Source of the DNA: a virus
DNA: 64,000 nucleotides
IMG/VR virus record: IMGVR_UViG_3300031578_000002
Span: 60,290-124,289 of that record
Strand: one strand, 5' to 3'
The notes under the pieces are model-generated. The model did no database searches. It was not told the origin of the DNA and was given only the letters and a program-made list of their open reading frames with translations. Within the stretch, counting starts at the first letter, position 1. Each line of letters starts with the position of its first letter. Made by a program: the position numbers and the translations under genes. Below, in pieces: positions 24,025 through 33,721 of the stretch.

Positions 24025-27000
24025 TTATTCTTTTTTTATAACAGCTTGACCTTTACGTAGTTTCGTTAATATTTCTTGAACGTTTTTGTTTTTATTATCA
24101 ATTTCATCGGGATCAATTAGGTTTTGCTCAATAACTGATAATGGCAAATCCTCAATTATTTTAGGTTTTGGTATTATCAGTTTTTCTTCCTTAGCTTCTG
24201 AAATTATCTTAACATCATCTAGCTCGATTTCTACTGACTCGGCAATATTTTCAGTTTCTGTATTACCTGTCCATTCAAAAAGCGATGTATCAATATTTGA
24301 TGCTTCGATTTCATCGGTGTCATTAAATAGTTTTCCAGTTTCTAAGTCATCATTATCCTCACAAATTTCTATTAATTTGTTATCTTTAACCTCATTAATA
24401 ATTATTTCAGGTGATTGTTGTATGTTTGATTCAACATTCATATTTATTCTTAATAATTCATTGATCTTTTGTGGATTATTCATAACACCATCACCCACAT
24501 CATTATTATTTAATTCATCAATTAATATTCTTTCTCGATTAATAATTGCCTCATGAATATTTATTGTTGTGGACTTTTCAGCTAATTTATCAGCATTTTT
24601 TTCAAGATTTTCAATGTCCTTTTCATCATAATGTTTTAAATTTTTATATGTTTTAGTATATATGTATCTAGAGTCATTGATAATAATTTCCATAGTATCA
24701 TTATTAAAAATGCAGTCTTCAAATGTTTGACCATCCTTTGCAAATCTAGCTTTTAATATTCTAATGTTTGCAAAGTTTGCCTCTTGTTGTGCTGGTGTTT
24801 TAGCAACGCTCATGAAAAAGTGTGCTTTTTGTATTCTCTTAATACTACCACCTGACTGATGTGCTTCAACAAATTCAGCACCAAAGCCTGAACGGTTTGA
24901 TTGTATAGCCGACCAAGCTGGTATATTAAAATCTGATGATAATGCTTCAAATCCTTTAATTATTGCCAACTCAGCTTCATTTCTATCCGGGGACTTTTTA
25001 TGTGATTCTACACAATCAAGATAATCCAAAACAAGTAGATCGAACTTAAATCCATACTTTTTTTGATAATTGGTCATCCAATTTCGGATATCCATCATCG
25101 TAGTATTTTCTTGACTAAATCTTTTTATTATTAATCTACCTTTACCTTCAAGGGTTTTAACCTTTTCATGCACTACTTTAGTAACTCGCTCATTTTCATC
25201 TTCATCATTAAGCTTACTTAATGCTGACTTAGCCCATATTGTATAATGTTTACGTTTTATTTGGTCTTTAGTATCTTCAAAAATTATTTGTGCAACATTT
25301 TTTTCATCTTCATATGCAGTATTTGCGATAATTGTTAATGCCGTGGTATTATGTGTTAATACATAATCATCAATAACATATAAATGATCATCATTTTCAA
25401 CATATATACAAGTAGCCTCTTCTTCATGAGAATATTCAATATTTTTTATAAATTTATTGTATTCATATTTATTTCGAAATACAATTCTATCGAGTTTGGC
25501 AGGTAATGTACAGGGAATAATATCGTTATTTGGGAAACTTATTGTTAAACGATAATTATTTTTACCGGGAATTTTGATACCAATTTTATTAGTATAAAAT
25601 TTAATTTTTTCGGTTGTTCTACAGGTACCTCCTAATGATAAGACTAACTCTTTAACATTTTTTGATAGTTCTTTTGATACTGTTGTATATATAATTGCCC
25701 CATTTTTTCCAACACCACCATTCGAATCAATTAATCCTTGTAACAATTTTTCTCTATATTCAATAGAATTATATAAATAATTTTGTGGGATAAATTTTGT
25801 ACTCGAATTGGTTCCATATAACCCAAGCTCATTTTCTAATACGCTTCTTGAATTTAGTAAGGATAACCTATACAATTTTTTATAATTCTCTTTTCTGCCT
25901 TCATATTCATGGACAACAATTGATTGATCAATATTTTTTATTTTATCTACTATGAATCTGTCTGATGTTGTTATATACGGTTGATTTTTTCTCGTAATAC
26001 ATCCATCTCCCAATAAAACACCCATAATATATGGGTCAATTTTAACATCAACTTTATTAAATTGAATTGGCATTACGTTTGGTAATCTATAATTCAAACT
26101 GCCATTTAGATTGAAGTCTTTCATCATTTCTGATGTCGTTAATACTTGAAAAGTATGATCTGGAATGCTTAGCGTTTTACCATTTATTTTTGTTTTTCGA
26201 TTTCTTTGTTTAAATGAATTAACCGACCATAAATGTTCTGAATCACAAAACGATGTTGTTTGATCTGAAAAAATGATTTTATATATTTTTCTTATACCTT
26301 GTGGATATACCGCTAGTATTTTTTGTGGATTACCATCACTACCAAATATTGTGTCATTTACTTTTAACGTACCGTTTTCTACCCAACCATTTAATGTCAA
26401 TACTTTATGACTGTTAGGCAATGCTTTTCCTACACCACTTGGCGTTAATATTAATCCAATCTCTCCTTTACCTAAGCCACCACCAGTAAGTGAATCAATC
26501 ACGCCAATACCTGTTGGTATTGTTTCTCTGAATTCTTTTCTTAAAGCACGATCAATACCCTCAGTAACGTCCTCACAGTCATCCTCATCATCGCCAATAT
26601 GTGTTATTTTTTGAAATCTATCCTCGATTGCAACTACAGCGTATTTATTTTTAATTTCACCGGTTTTAACTTTATCAATAATACCCTCAGCTAATTTACG
26701 ATATTCTTGTTGTTTAATAAATCCTGTTGTTGATTTTTGAATTACATCGCCATCATAAAGCATTTGCTTATTTATTATTCTAGTATTCCATAACTCAATA
26801 CGCTTTAAAATACCAAATAACGATTCTTCTTCAACAACATTATTAGGTTTTTTATATCTATTTATTGCATGGTGAATACTTTGATTTTGAAGGTTAGGTA
26901 CTTTTTGAAATTCTTTATAATACTCTAAAATTATTAAAAATAATCGTTTTAAATTTGGATCATCGAAATATTCAATTGCTAGATCGGGTATGACCTTTTC

Positions 27001-27096
27001 AGCAAATTCTGGCTCAACCAATAATTGCCACATTAAATGTTCTTGAAATTCAATGCCTAAATATGCGGATAATGTATTCTCGGATGTGTTTACCAT
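24025..27096 (-). CDS. dnaB: Replicative DnaB/gp41-like helicase with intein and acidic C-terminal tail
   Basis: IPTGIGVIDSLTGGGLGKGE, PSGVGK|TT after splicing, LVLDYLD, WSAIQSNR, LKARFAKDG. Confidence 0.92.
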   Translation of the reverse strand: MVNTSENTLSAYLGIEFQEHLMWQLLVEPEFAEKVIPDLAIEYFDDPNLKRLFLIILEYYKEFQKVPNLQNQSIHHAINRYKKPNNVVEEESLFGILKRIELWNTRIINKQMLYDGDVIQKSTTGFIKQQEYRKLAEGIIDKVKTGEIKNKYAVVAIEDRFQKITHIGDDEDDCEDVTEGIDRALRKEFRETIPTGIGVIDSLTGGGLGKGEIGLILTPSGVGKALPNSHKVLTLNGWVENGTLKVNDTIFGSDGNPQKILAVYPQGIRKIYKIIFSDQTTSFCDSEHLWSVNSFKQRNRKTKINGKTLSIPDHTFQVLTTSEMMKDFNLNGSLNYRLPNVMPIQFNKVDVKIDPYIMGVLLGDGCITRKNQPYITTSDRFIVDKIKNIDQSIVVHEYEGRKENYKKLYRLSLLNSRSVLENELGLYGTNSSTKFIPQNYLYNSIEYREKLLQGLIDSNGGVGKNGAIIYTTVSKELSKNVKELVLSLGGTCRTTEKIKFYTNKIGIKIPGKNNYRLTISFPNNDIIPCTLPAKLDRIVFRNKYEYNKFIKNIEYSHEEEATCIYVENDDHLYVIDDYVLTHNTTALTIIANTAYEDEKNVAQIIFEDTKDQIKRKHYTIWAKSALSKLNDEDENERVTKVVHEKVKTLEGKGRLIIKRFSQENTTMMDIRNWMTNYQKKYGFKFDLLVLDYLDCVESHKKSPDRNEAELAIIKGFEALSSDFNIPAWSAIQSNRSGFGAEFVEAHQSGGSIKRIQKAHFFMSVAKTPAQQEANFANIRILKARFAKDGQTFEDCIFNNDTMEIIINDSRYIYTKTYKNLKHYDEKDIENLEKNADKLAEKSTTINIHEAIINRERILIDELNNNDVGDGVMNNPQKINELLRINMNVESNIQQSPEIIINEVKDNKLIEICEDNDDLETGKLFNDTDEIEASNIDTSLFEWTGNTETENIAESVEIELDDVKIISEAKEEKLIIPKPKIIEDLPLSVIEQNLIDPDEIDNKNKNVQEILTKLRKGQAVIKKE
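25348..26424 (-). mobile_element. Class 3 (Ala1, WCT) intein with LAGLIDADG endonuclease in the DnaB P-loop (359 aa)
   Basis: Starts ALPNSHKV; block B HLWSV (W), block F ATCIYV (C), block G VLTHN (T), Thr+1; LAGLIDADG motifs MGVLLGDG and LQGLIDSNG. Confidence 0.9.
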
Positions 27097-27117
27097 TAAA
27101 CTTTTTTGTATATGAAA

Positions 27118-27145
27118 GTCGCTGTAATTATTAATTTACAGCGAC
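27118..27145. terminator. Hairpin between the hypothetical gene and dnaB (terminator or processing site)
   Basis: GTCGCTGTAA-N8-TTACAGCGAC, a 10-bp perfect stem. Confidence 0.55.
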
Positions 27146-27160
27146 GTTTTTTGTATGTAG

Positions 27161-27799
27161 CTAATTAACTCTAATTCTTCTTAACATTTCTTCCCTTTTT
27201 GAGATGGAAAGTTCTCTTATTTGATTAATTGATAATCCTTTATAGTTTATGAGGTTATAATCATCCCACATATTTTTAATATCGCTTTTTTTGATTTTTT
27301 CGAAAATATTATCTGCTATATCAACAACAGCATCTGTTAATTCAATTGACCATCTTGCCACAGGATTAAATCCTTCAACATAAAACAATCGTTCAACAAT
27401 TGGGTTATTGTTAATGTAAAAACCAATTTTACATTCAACGCCACGTATTGTTTTATCATCAATTTGATTTGTGATTGGCTGTGGGCTATATTTCATACCT
27501 TGTCTAAGGTTAGATGGATATGAATTAATTATATTTAATTGATATTTATATAATTCATATTCAGTATTTAGTGAATTAGGTTTTGATGTATCTATTCTAC
27601 CAGTTTCAATATCTACGATATATTCCCGTTTTGACAACATCTTTTGCAATTTAGTTATCGCCCTTGGGAGAATATCCCGAATATCAATTGAATATCTCGT
27701 GAATGGATTAAATTGATTTGCATCAAAAATTTTTTCACATAATAATACGTTTTCTTGATGTAAAGAAAACTTAAATACATTATTGTCCTTTTCGTTCAT
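27161..27799 (-). CDS. Hypothetical protein in the replication operon
   Basis: 212-aa ORF with normal composition; a TATATTTG promoter element lies at 27829-27836. Confidence 0.75.
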   Translation of the reverse strand: MNEKDNNVFKFSLHQENVLLCEKIFDANQFNPFTRYSIDIRDILPRAITKLQKMLSKREYIVDIETGRIDTSKPNSLNTEYELYKYQLNIINSYPSNLRQGMKYSPQPITNQIDDKTIRGVECKIGFYINNNPIVERLFYVEGFNPVARWSIELTDAVVDIADNIFEKIKKSDIKNMWDDYNLINYKGLSINQIRELSISKREEMLRRIRVN

Positions 27800-27865
27800 T
27801 TTATTTATTATTAATAAATTATTTATTACAAATATAATTAGATTTAATCAAATTTGAAAGCATTT

Positions 27866-28918
27866 TTATACAATACCTTTATTATTTTTATAATATTCTG
27901 TAAGTAATTGCTTTTCATTCATAATTACAGTATAAAAAGGTTCGACATAGCTTGAGAAAGTACTGTTATATACAGATAAAAATTCATCTTCTATCATCAT
28001 TTTATATAAATTTTTACTTCCCCTATCTTCAGGTGATAATGGTATTTCTAATTGTTTTAATTCTTCAATTGCTTGTTCATTAAGTATTGGCTCTCTTAAA
28101 TTTACCAATTTAAAATTTGTTCTTAATCTATCGATATTATTTAAAAGATTTGTTAATGATTTTAATGGTTTCTTTTTTTCTAAAATTCTTTGTCTATTAA
28201 TTTCATCAGCTTTTATACATATCTCTTTAACAGTTAAATGCTTGAACTTTAATTCGGGAAAATATTTCAATAGTGTATCTTCCTTAATACCATCAATCCC
28301 TTTTACGTTGTCTGACACATCACCAGAAATAATTTTAATTGCTAATGCATTACTATAATGATGATTAAAATGCATGATATAATTTGTTTTATTTACTGGT
28401 TGATTAATGTTGGGGAATAAAATTGTTATATTTAAATCTAATAATTGAGCAAAATCACGGTCATTGGAATATAAGAAAATCTCTTCTTTGTTATTATGTT
28501 CAAGACAATATGCAGCGATTAAATCATCAGCTTCAATATCGTCAACCTCAATTTGTCTTAAAAATAATTCTTCAGCGTATGCCTGAATACGTTTCCTTTG
28601 TTTTAAAATTGATTCGTCCTTTTCTTTTTCCCTACGAATTTCAGCTGCGGTCATTTCAATTTTCTTGTGCCACTCTTTGCTTTTTCGATTTGCTTTATAT
28701 GCTAGATCAATTCGATGCCGATATATACCCGCACCTTCACCGTCCCAAACAAGAACTACTTTATTAATCATGTGTTGCTTAACCAACATGCGTGTTGTTG
28801 TTAAAAATTGATACAAACCACCAATATGACCGAATTTGGTGGTTTGTACCTCTTTTGCCCCATGAAATGAACGTTTTAATAAATTTGATCCATCAATTAA
28901 AAGTGTTCGTATTTTCAT
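27866..28918 (-). CDS. 5'-3' exonuclease (PolI N-terminal / T4 RNase H-like)
   Basis: LLIDGSN, VWDG, YKANR, EADDLIA, SNDRDFAQL, GDVSDNVKGIDGI. Confidence 0.92.
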   Translation of the reverse strand: MKIRTLLIDGSNLLKRSFHGAKEVQTTKFGHIGGLYQFLTTTRMLVKQHMINKVVLVWDGEGAGIYRHRIDLAYKANRKSKEWHKKIEMTAAEIRREKEKDESILKQRKRIQAYAEELFLRQIEVDDIEADDLIAAYCLEHNNKEEIFLYSNDRDFAQLLDLNITILFPNINQPVNKTNYIMHFNHHYSNALAIKIISGDVSDNVKGIDGIKEDTLLKYFPELKFKHLTVKEICIKADEINRQRILEKKKPLKSLTNLLNNIDRLRTNFKLVNLREPILNEQAIEELKQLEIPLSPEDRGSKNLYKMMIEDEFLSVYNSTFSSYVEPFYTVIMNEKQLLTEYYKNNKGIV

Positions 28919-29688
28919 TATTCAATTAATTTTAAATGTTGACGCAATTCAGTTATCCAATTATTATTACATGCGATTCTATATGCACAAGTGAAATTTT
29001 TTTTAAACTCATTAATACTAGTAAAATCATTTACATATTTAATTAAATTCTCTTTTGACCAAAATGATGATGGATACCTCTTTTTATAATTCAACATTGG
29101 ATATATTATGTCTTTCCAACCATTATCTCTAATTTTCAAATACAACGCATTGTTTCTTTTCATTAAATCCCCAACAGATTTGTATTCTAACACTATTAAT
29201 TTAACATATTCAAGATCATCATATCGATGTTTTTTTCCTGTCCATCCAATTGATCCGGTTTTTGCCCTATTTAATATTTTCCAACCATTATTTTTATATC
29301 TTACAACATATTCTTCCTCTAAGTTAATTGCTTGATCAACTTCCACATAATCAGTCAATTGCTTATATACAGGAATAATACCGGTATTATTAATAAACAT
29401 CGTTACCGTATCTCCTGATTTATTCATTCTTTTAATTTGTCTTTGCTCCATTGAATATGTTAAGCCAATATATACTGAATTGACTTCAGAAAATTCAAGT
29501 GCATAAATACATCGATGATGTGCATTATTTAATGGTTTCATATGAGAACAAATATTTTGCAGATATTTATGTCGCTTACTGGCTGAATATGCAGGATTAT
29601 CATATAATCTAAAATCACGTTTATTATTATATTTTAATGCAACTTCTTTACACGCATCAAATGTCCAATATCCTCTAGGTTTTCTCAT
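28918..29688 (-). CDS. Free-standing GIY-YIG homing endonuclease with W(T/S)xx repeats
   Basis: CIYALEF...VYIGLT, LNRAKTGSIG, repeats RGYWTFDAC and SFWSKEN; likely start MRKPRG at 29688. Confidence 0.8.
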   Translation of the reverse strand: MRKPRGYWTFDACKEVALKYNNKRDFRLYDNPAYSASKRHKYLQNICSHMKPLNNAHHRCIYALEFSEVNSVYIGLTYSMEQRQIKRMNKSGDTVTMFINNTGIIPVYKQLTDYVEVDQAINLEEEYVVRYKNNGWKILNRAKTGSIGWTGKKHRYDDLEYVKLIVLEYKSVGDLMKRNNALYLKIRDNGWKDIIYPMLNYKKRYPSSFWSKENLIKYVNDFTSINEFKKNFTCAYRIACNNNWITELRQHLKLIE

Positions 29689-29736
29689 AAAAAAATAAAA
29701 ATCTCCGACCATGTTAATAATCAGAGATTTTTTTTA

Positions 29737-30849
29737 TTATTCCGATTTATCAATTAAATCATAAAGTAATTTTCCATCATTTCCTTCAATTCTTTCACCT
29801 GTATCAATATCAGATACGTCCAAATTATCATTTCCAAATAAATTACGAAAATATAAGATGTTCTTCTTTTTATATTCCTCAATACCTTCTGATGTTATAA
29901 ATCCATGTGGTACAGAAATTATTGATCCTTCCATCGAAATTCCACCAAGTGGTCCATCTATCTGATTTTTTAGTACGTTAATCTTCACAGATACCCCATA
30001 AGAAATTTCACGTTTTTTCGATACTGCTGTAATTCTTTTAACCCCTTTAGTTAAAATTCCGCCAAAATAATATTGTAATCTTGGCACATATTCCCATGTG
30101 CGACCACCTTTCATTGTAATCGCATTGTTCATTGCATCACGTCCAATTTTTTGGACTGCAATTACAGTATTTGTATAAGGCTTATCAAGTTTTCTGCTAT
30201 TTGGGATTACATCGTTAAATAAATACATGAATTCTTTTTCATATGCCCCTGCATTCCAAAAATTACTATCATTTTCATTTTTTTCCGCAGCATTAATTGT
30301 TTTATTACAATTTAATGTACCAATTGAATCAATTGCAAATAATAAATCATATGGTAAGTTTCCATCATTTTGCTCACGTAAAAAATAACGAATACAATTT
30401 GCTAAATCTTCAATTGAGGCATAACTTCTGCTTTTATCTAAAGGCCTACCAAAATGTTCAAGTAAATATTCATTATCAATAAAAATATAATCACTTGTAA
30501 AATCAAAGCCCATTAGCCCCAATCTATATTTTCCTAAATTATTTTCTAAATCAATTATTATTGGAAGTAATCCCATTTTTTGTCCAGCAACAATACCTAA
30601 CGATACCGCAGTTGATTTCCCACTATTAGAGTAGCCACAACATGTTGAAACATACCCTTTAGGAAATCCGGGTAACCCCGTAACATTTTCCATTGCTTCA
30701 TCGATTTTTATCCATTCAAGTGGTTTGTCTGGTATATCAACCGATCCTGTTTTTTTCTTAAAATCTTCTAAAGAAAAATTCTTTTTAGGTGTAGGTTTTC
30801 TTGTATTTACTTGAATATTATCACTATTCAATATTTCTTTTTTTGCCAT
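29737..30849 (-). CDS. RecA/UvsX-like recombinase
   Basis: GYSNSGKST Walker A, IIDLEN, AIDSIG Walker B, KINVLKNQI; sits next to the SSB gene. Confidence 0.82.
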   Translation of the reverse strand: MAKKEILNSDNIQVNTRKPTPKKNFSLEDFKKKTGSVDIPDKPLEWIKIDEAMENVTGLPGFPKGYVSTCCGYSNSGKSTAVSLGIVAGQKMGLLPIIIDLENNLGKYRLGLMGFDFTSDYIFIDNEYLLEHFGRPLDKSRSYASIEDLANCIRYFLREQNDGNLPYDLLFAIDSIGTLNCNKTINAAEKNENDSNFWNAGAYEKEFMYLFNDVIPNSRKLDKPYTNTVIAVQKIGRDAMNNAITMKGGRTWEYVPRLQYYFGGILTKGVKRITAVSKKREISYGVSVKINVLKNQIDGPLGGISMEGSIISVPHGFITSEGIEEYKKKNILYFRNLFGNDNLDVSDIDTGERIEGNDGKLLYDLIDKSE

Positions 30850-30872
30850 AATTAAACTTATATAAAGTTAAT

Positions 30873-30898
30873 ATTAGGGGAATGTTTCATCCCCTAAT
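30873..30898. terminator. Intrinsic terminator hairpin after the SSB gene
   Basis: ATTAGGGGA-N8-TCCCCTAAT. Confidence 0.7.
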
Positions 30899-30922
30899 TA
30901 ATAATTAAATTTTCATGATTGT

Positions 30923-32134
30923 TTAAAAGGGAAGATCATCGTATTGATTGCTATCTTCGATACTTTGATTACTTTCTTCAGCACTAGCACTTGCCGTAAT
31001 TTCCTTACCAACATCTACTGCATCATCAGTGTATGTACCAACATTAGCCTCAGTAATATTACTGATCGTTACTCTTGGGTATTCTTCTTCATCTAAATCC
31101 GTTGCGTATTCAAAATTATCATCGTCAGAATCTAGATTGCGTGTACGAGTATTTGCTGCTTCTTCAAGATCAGGACGACCCGGAAATACCCAATGTTTAT
31201 TATTGGCATCAGTATCTTCCCAATATGGATTGGTACCGTTCACAACTGCTTTGAGAAATTCAAAAGGTGGCATTCCCGGAGCTTGTTTTGGCTTAAATAC
31301 ATCTCTCCAAATAACATCATCTTCAAGCCACTGCGTCATAACTTGGTCATCAGCACTTAATCGTGACTTTCCTCTAGCAGTAATTGCAGATATTGATTTA
31401 TATGTACGACCATTAAGCTCACTATCGGTCATAATAATGCTTAAATCAGTACCTGTTATTGGATCAGAAAAGTCCGCTTGTTGTGTTGACATATAATCTT
31501 CTAGAATTGGAAGTAATTTGTCAAGAGTTCCTTGGTTTTTATAGCTATGTTTAAATCTCCAGAACTTAACACCATCCTTTTCAAGACCTTTATCAATACC
31601 ACGAACAATGTAAAATTTCTTAGCTTCCCATTTAATTGCCTCTTTGTAAATTTCATCATTTTTTGCTTTAACCCGTAGTTGCATGTCATTCATATTTTCC
31701 TTTTTAATACCCTTTAATGATGGGTCTTGTTCAGAAATTTTTGATTTATACTTTGCACATAAAGGGCATGGTGCAGGAACCAAAATTGGATTATTATTTG
31801 AGTCAAACATTACTTTTCCTTCAGAATCAAGTTTAGGAACTTTAGGATCATTATGTGCGGGACAATAGATTATTGTTCCGTGCTTTTTCTTTCCACCTGC
31901 AGCATTTGTTGTTACAACATGGAAGAACGCTTCTTCAATATGTTTTTTACCGGCTTTGGGGGAGAGAATTCTAAAAATTTCTTTTGATTTTCTTGGAACA
32001 AAATACTTTGACAATAAGTCTTCTCGTTTGTTTCCTTTTGATTGTGATTGTTTTTTCTGATAGTCAGAAAACATTTTTTTTAATTCTAACAAATTACCGC
32101 CTTGGGCATTTGTTGTTGTGTTTTGATTTTCCAT
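30923..32134 (-). CDS. Single-stranded DNA-binding protein, T4 gp32-like
   Basis: FRILSP, CP...PCPLC, KFYIVRGIDKG...GVKFWRF, GTDL, acidic tail ending DDLPF. Confidence 0.85.
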   Translation of the reverse strand: MENQNTTTNAQGGNLLELKKMFSDYQKKQSQSKGNKREDLLSKYFVPRKSKEIFRILSPKAGKKHIEEAFFHVVTTNAAGGKKKHGTIIYCPAHNDPKVPKLDSEGKVMFDSNNNPILVPAPCPLCAKYKSKISEQDPSLKGIKKENMNDMQLRVKAKNDEIYKEAIKWEAKKFYIVRGIDKGLEKDGVKFWRFKHSYKNQGTLDKLLPILEDYMSTQQADFSDPITGTDLSIIMTDSELNGRTYKSISAITARGKSRLSADDQVMTQWLEDDVIWRDVFKPKQAPGMPPFEFLKAVVNGTNPYWEDTDANNKHWVFPGRPDLEEAANTRTRNLDSDDDNFEYATDLDEEEYPRVTISNITEANVGTYTDDAVDVGKEITASASAEESNQSIEDSNQYDDLPF

Positions 32135-32185
32135 TTCAATTTAATTTTTCAGTTACTATTATTTTTCAATTATTAAGTTACAGTA

Positions 32186-32216
32186 CAAATATATCTTCAA
32201 TTTAATATAAATACAA
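32186..32216 (-). promoter_or_regulatory. Bacteroidota-type promoter overlapping a GTATTTAT motif upstream of the SSB gene
   Basis: TTG, 20 nt, TATATTTG; GTATTTAT at 32207-32214. Confidence 0.65.
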
Positions 32217-32239
32217 GGATTTTTAAAAATAATTAGTTA

Positions 32240-33646
32240 TTATTTAACAATTTTGCTTGAAACTATCGTAAATGATAATGTTTGTTTATTTTCATAATAA
32301 TCACCATTTTTCATTCTAATTTGTAAATAATAATCTTGGGGTATTAGCCATGATGTATCGAGATTAAATTCATATCCGGTATTTGTTCTATTTATATTGG
32401 TGAACGGTATTACGTCAATCTCATATTTATTCCCAATTGTTGTAAATAATCTATATTCAATATCTAATGGTAAAAAATTATTTTGGTTTGGATATAATTC
32501 TTTTATAGTTAATTGAATTTTCCTCATATTTCCCGCAACAATTTTCTCTCTTTCATTTATTCCCCAAAAATAAAAACTGTAATTATCAAAATTTATAAGA
32601 TTTGACCTATCGAACGTATAATAATTTTTTTCTGATATTAAATAAAACTCACTTGAATAAGTAGTGTTCTTATTATTTATTGTTAAATTCCATTCATCTC
32701 TAAATAAAACTGCATCAGGATATGTTTGAGAATCAATGTTTAATATTATTTTATAAACACCTTTACTTACATTAATTATTGAGTCACCCGTTAATGCGCT
32801 AACTAATTTATCCTCATAATCAAATATCATGACATTATTAACTACAATATTTTGTGAAAACCCACCAATATTTACATAAAGATATAGCTCATTGTCTTTA
32901 TCAAGATAAAAATAATTTCTATCGTCAGTAATTGTATCATCAATTATTGTTTCAATGTATGGTTCATACCAAGTATTAGTATTTTTTGCATAAAATGCTA
33001 CGGCTTGTCTAAATTCAGTTAATAATGACTCATATTCATCAGAAAATTTAATACCCAGACCATACGAGGTTCCACTATAAACAGAAGTACCTGTATATCC
33101 AGTGTTAAATAATCTTTGATTGACATAATCAGTAATGTCAATACTAATGTCCTCATTACCTTTATCAAATCTTTGTGTTCCAATTATTTCAGTTGTTCCT
33201 GAATTATAAATGCCATCATCATGCCAACTAGTTATTGTTGTTGCAGAATACCAATTAGATGCCTGTTCTCTTATATTTGGATTTAATGTATAATCATATA
33301 TGAAATCATATCCACTCCCTTCATCCCAATCTTGATTAATATTAAATAAATCCAAATTAAAACTACTTGCTCTTTCAATTATTGACGAATACGAATTTTT
33401 TGTTAATGATTGTCGTGAAATGGTATTAGTTAAATGTAATACATGACTTACAATTCTATTTGAATTAATTATGTTATTTGATATTTTATTTTGTAAATTA
33501 GTTAAGTCAACATCAAAGATAAACCTACTTACTTGGGCATTAATTGTACCAAATGAAATTTCAGCCACGGGATTCTGCGAATTATTTGTAAGATTATTGG
33601 CTATAATCGAATTATTTTTACTGAAGTATGACCTAAATATTGACAT
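32240..33646 (-). CDS. Conserved hypothetical, probable virion structural protein
   Basis: Likely start MSIFRSYF at 33646, 14 nt after GTATTTAT; beta-rich with Ig-like C-terminal segments. Confidence 0.6.
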   Translation of the reverse strand: MSIFRSYFSKNNSIIANNLTNNSQNPVAEISFGTINAQVSRFIFDVDLTNLQNKISNNIINSNRIVSHVLHLTNTISRQSLTKNSYSSIIERASSFNLDLFNINQDWDEGSGYDFIYDYTLNPNIREQASNWYSATTITSWHDDGIYNSGTTEIIGTQRFDKGNEDISIDITDYVNQRLFNTGYTGTSVYSGTSYGLGIKFSDEYESLLTEFRQAVAFYAKNTNTWYEPYIETIIDDTITDDRNYFYLDKDNELYLYVNIGGFSQNIVVNNVMIFDYEDKLVSALTGDSIINVSKGVYKIILNIDSQTYPDAVLFRDEWNLTINNKNTTYSSEFYLISEKNYYTFDRSNLINFDNYSFYFWGINEREKIVAGNMRKIQLTIKELYPNQNNFLPLDIEYRLFTTIGNKYEIDVIPFTNINRTNTGYEFNLDTSWLIPQDYYLQIRMKNGDYYENKQTLSFTIVSSKIVK

Positions 33647-33721
33647 TTTTCTTTTTACTATAAATACAATATAAAAAAAAAGACTACACTTAGTAGTCCT
33701 TATTTTCAAATAAAATTTAAA

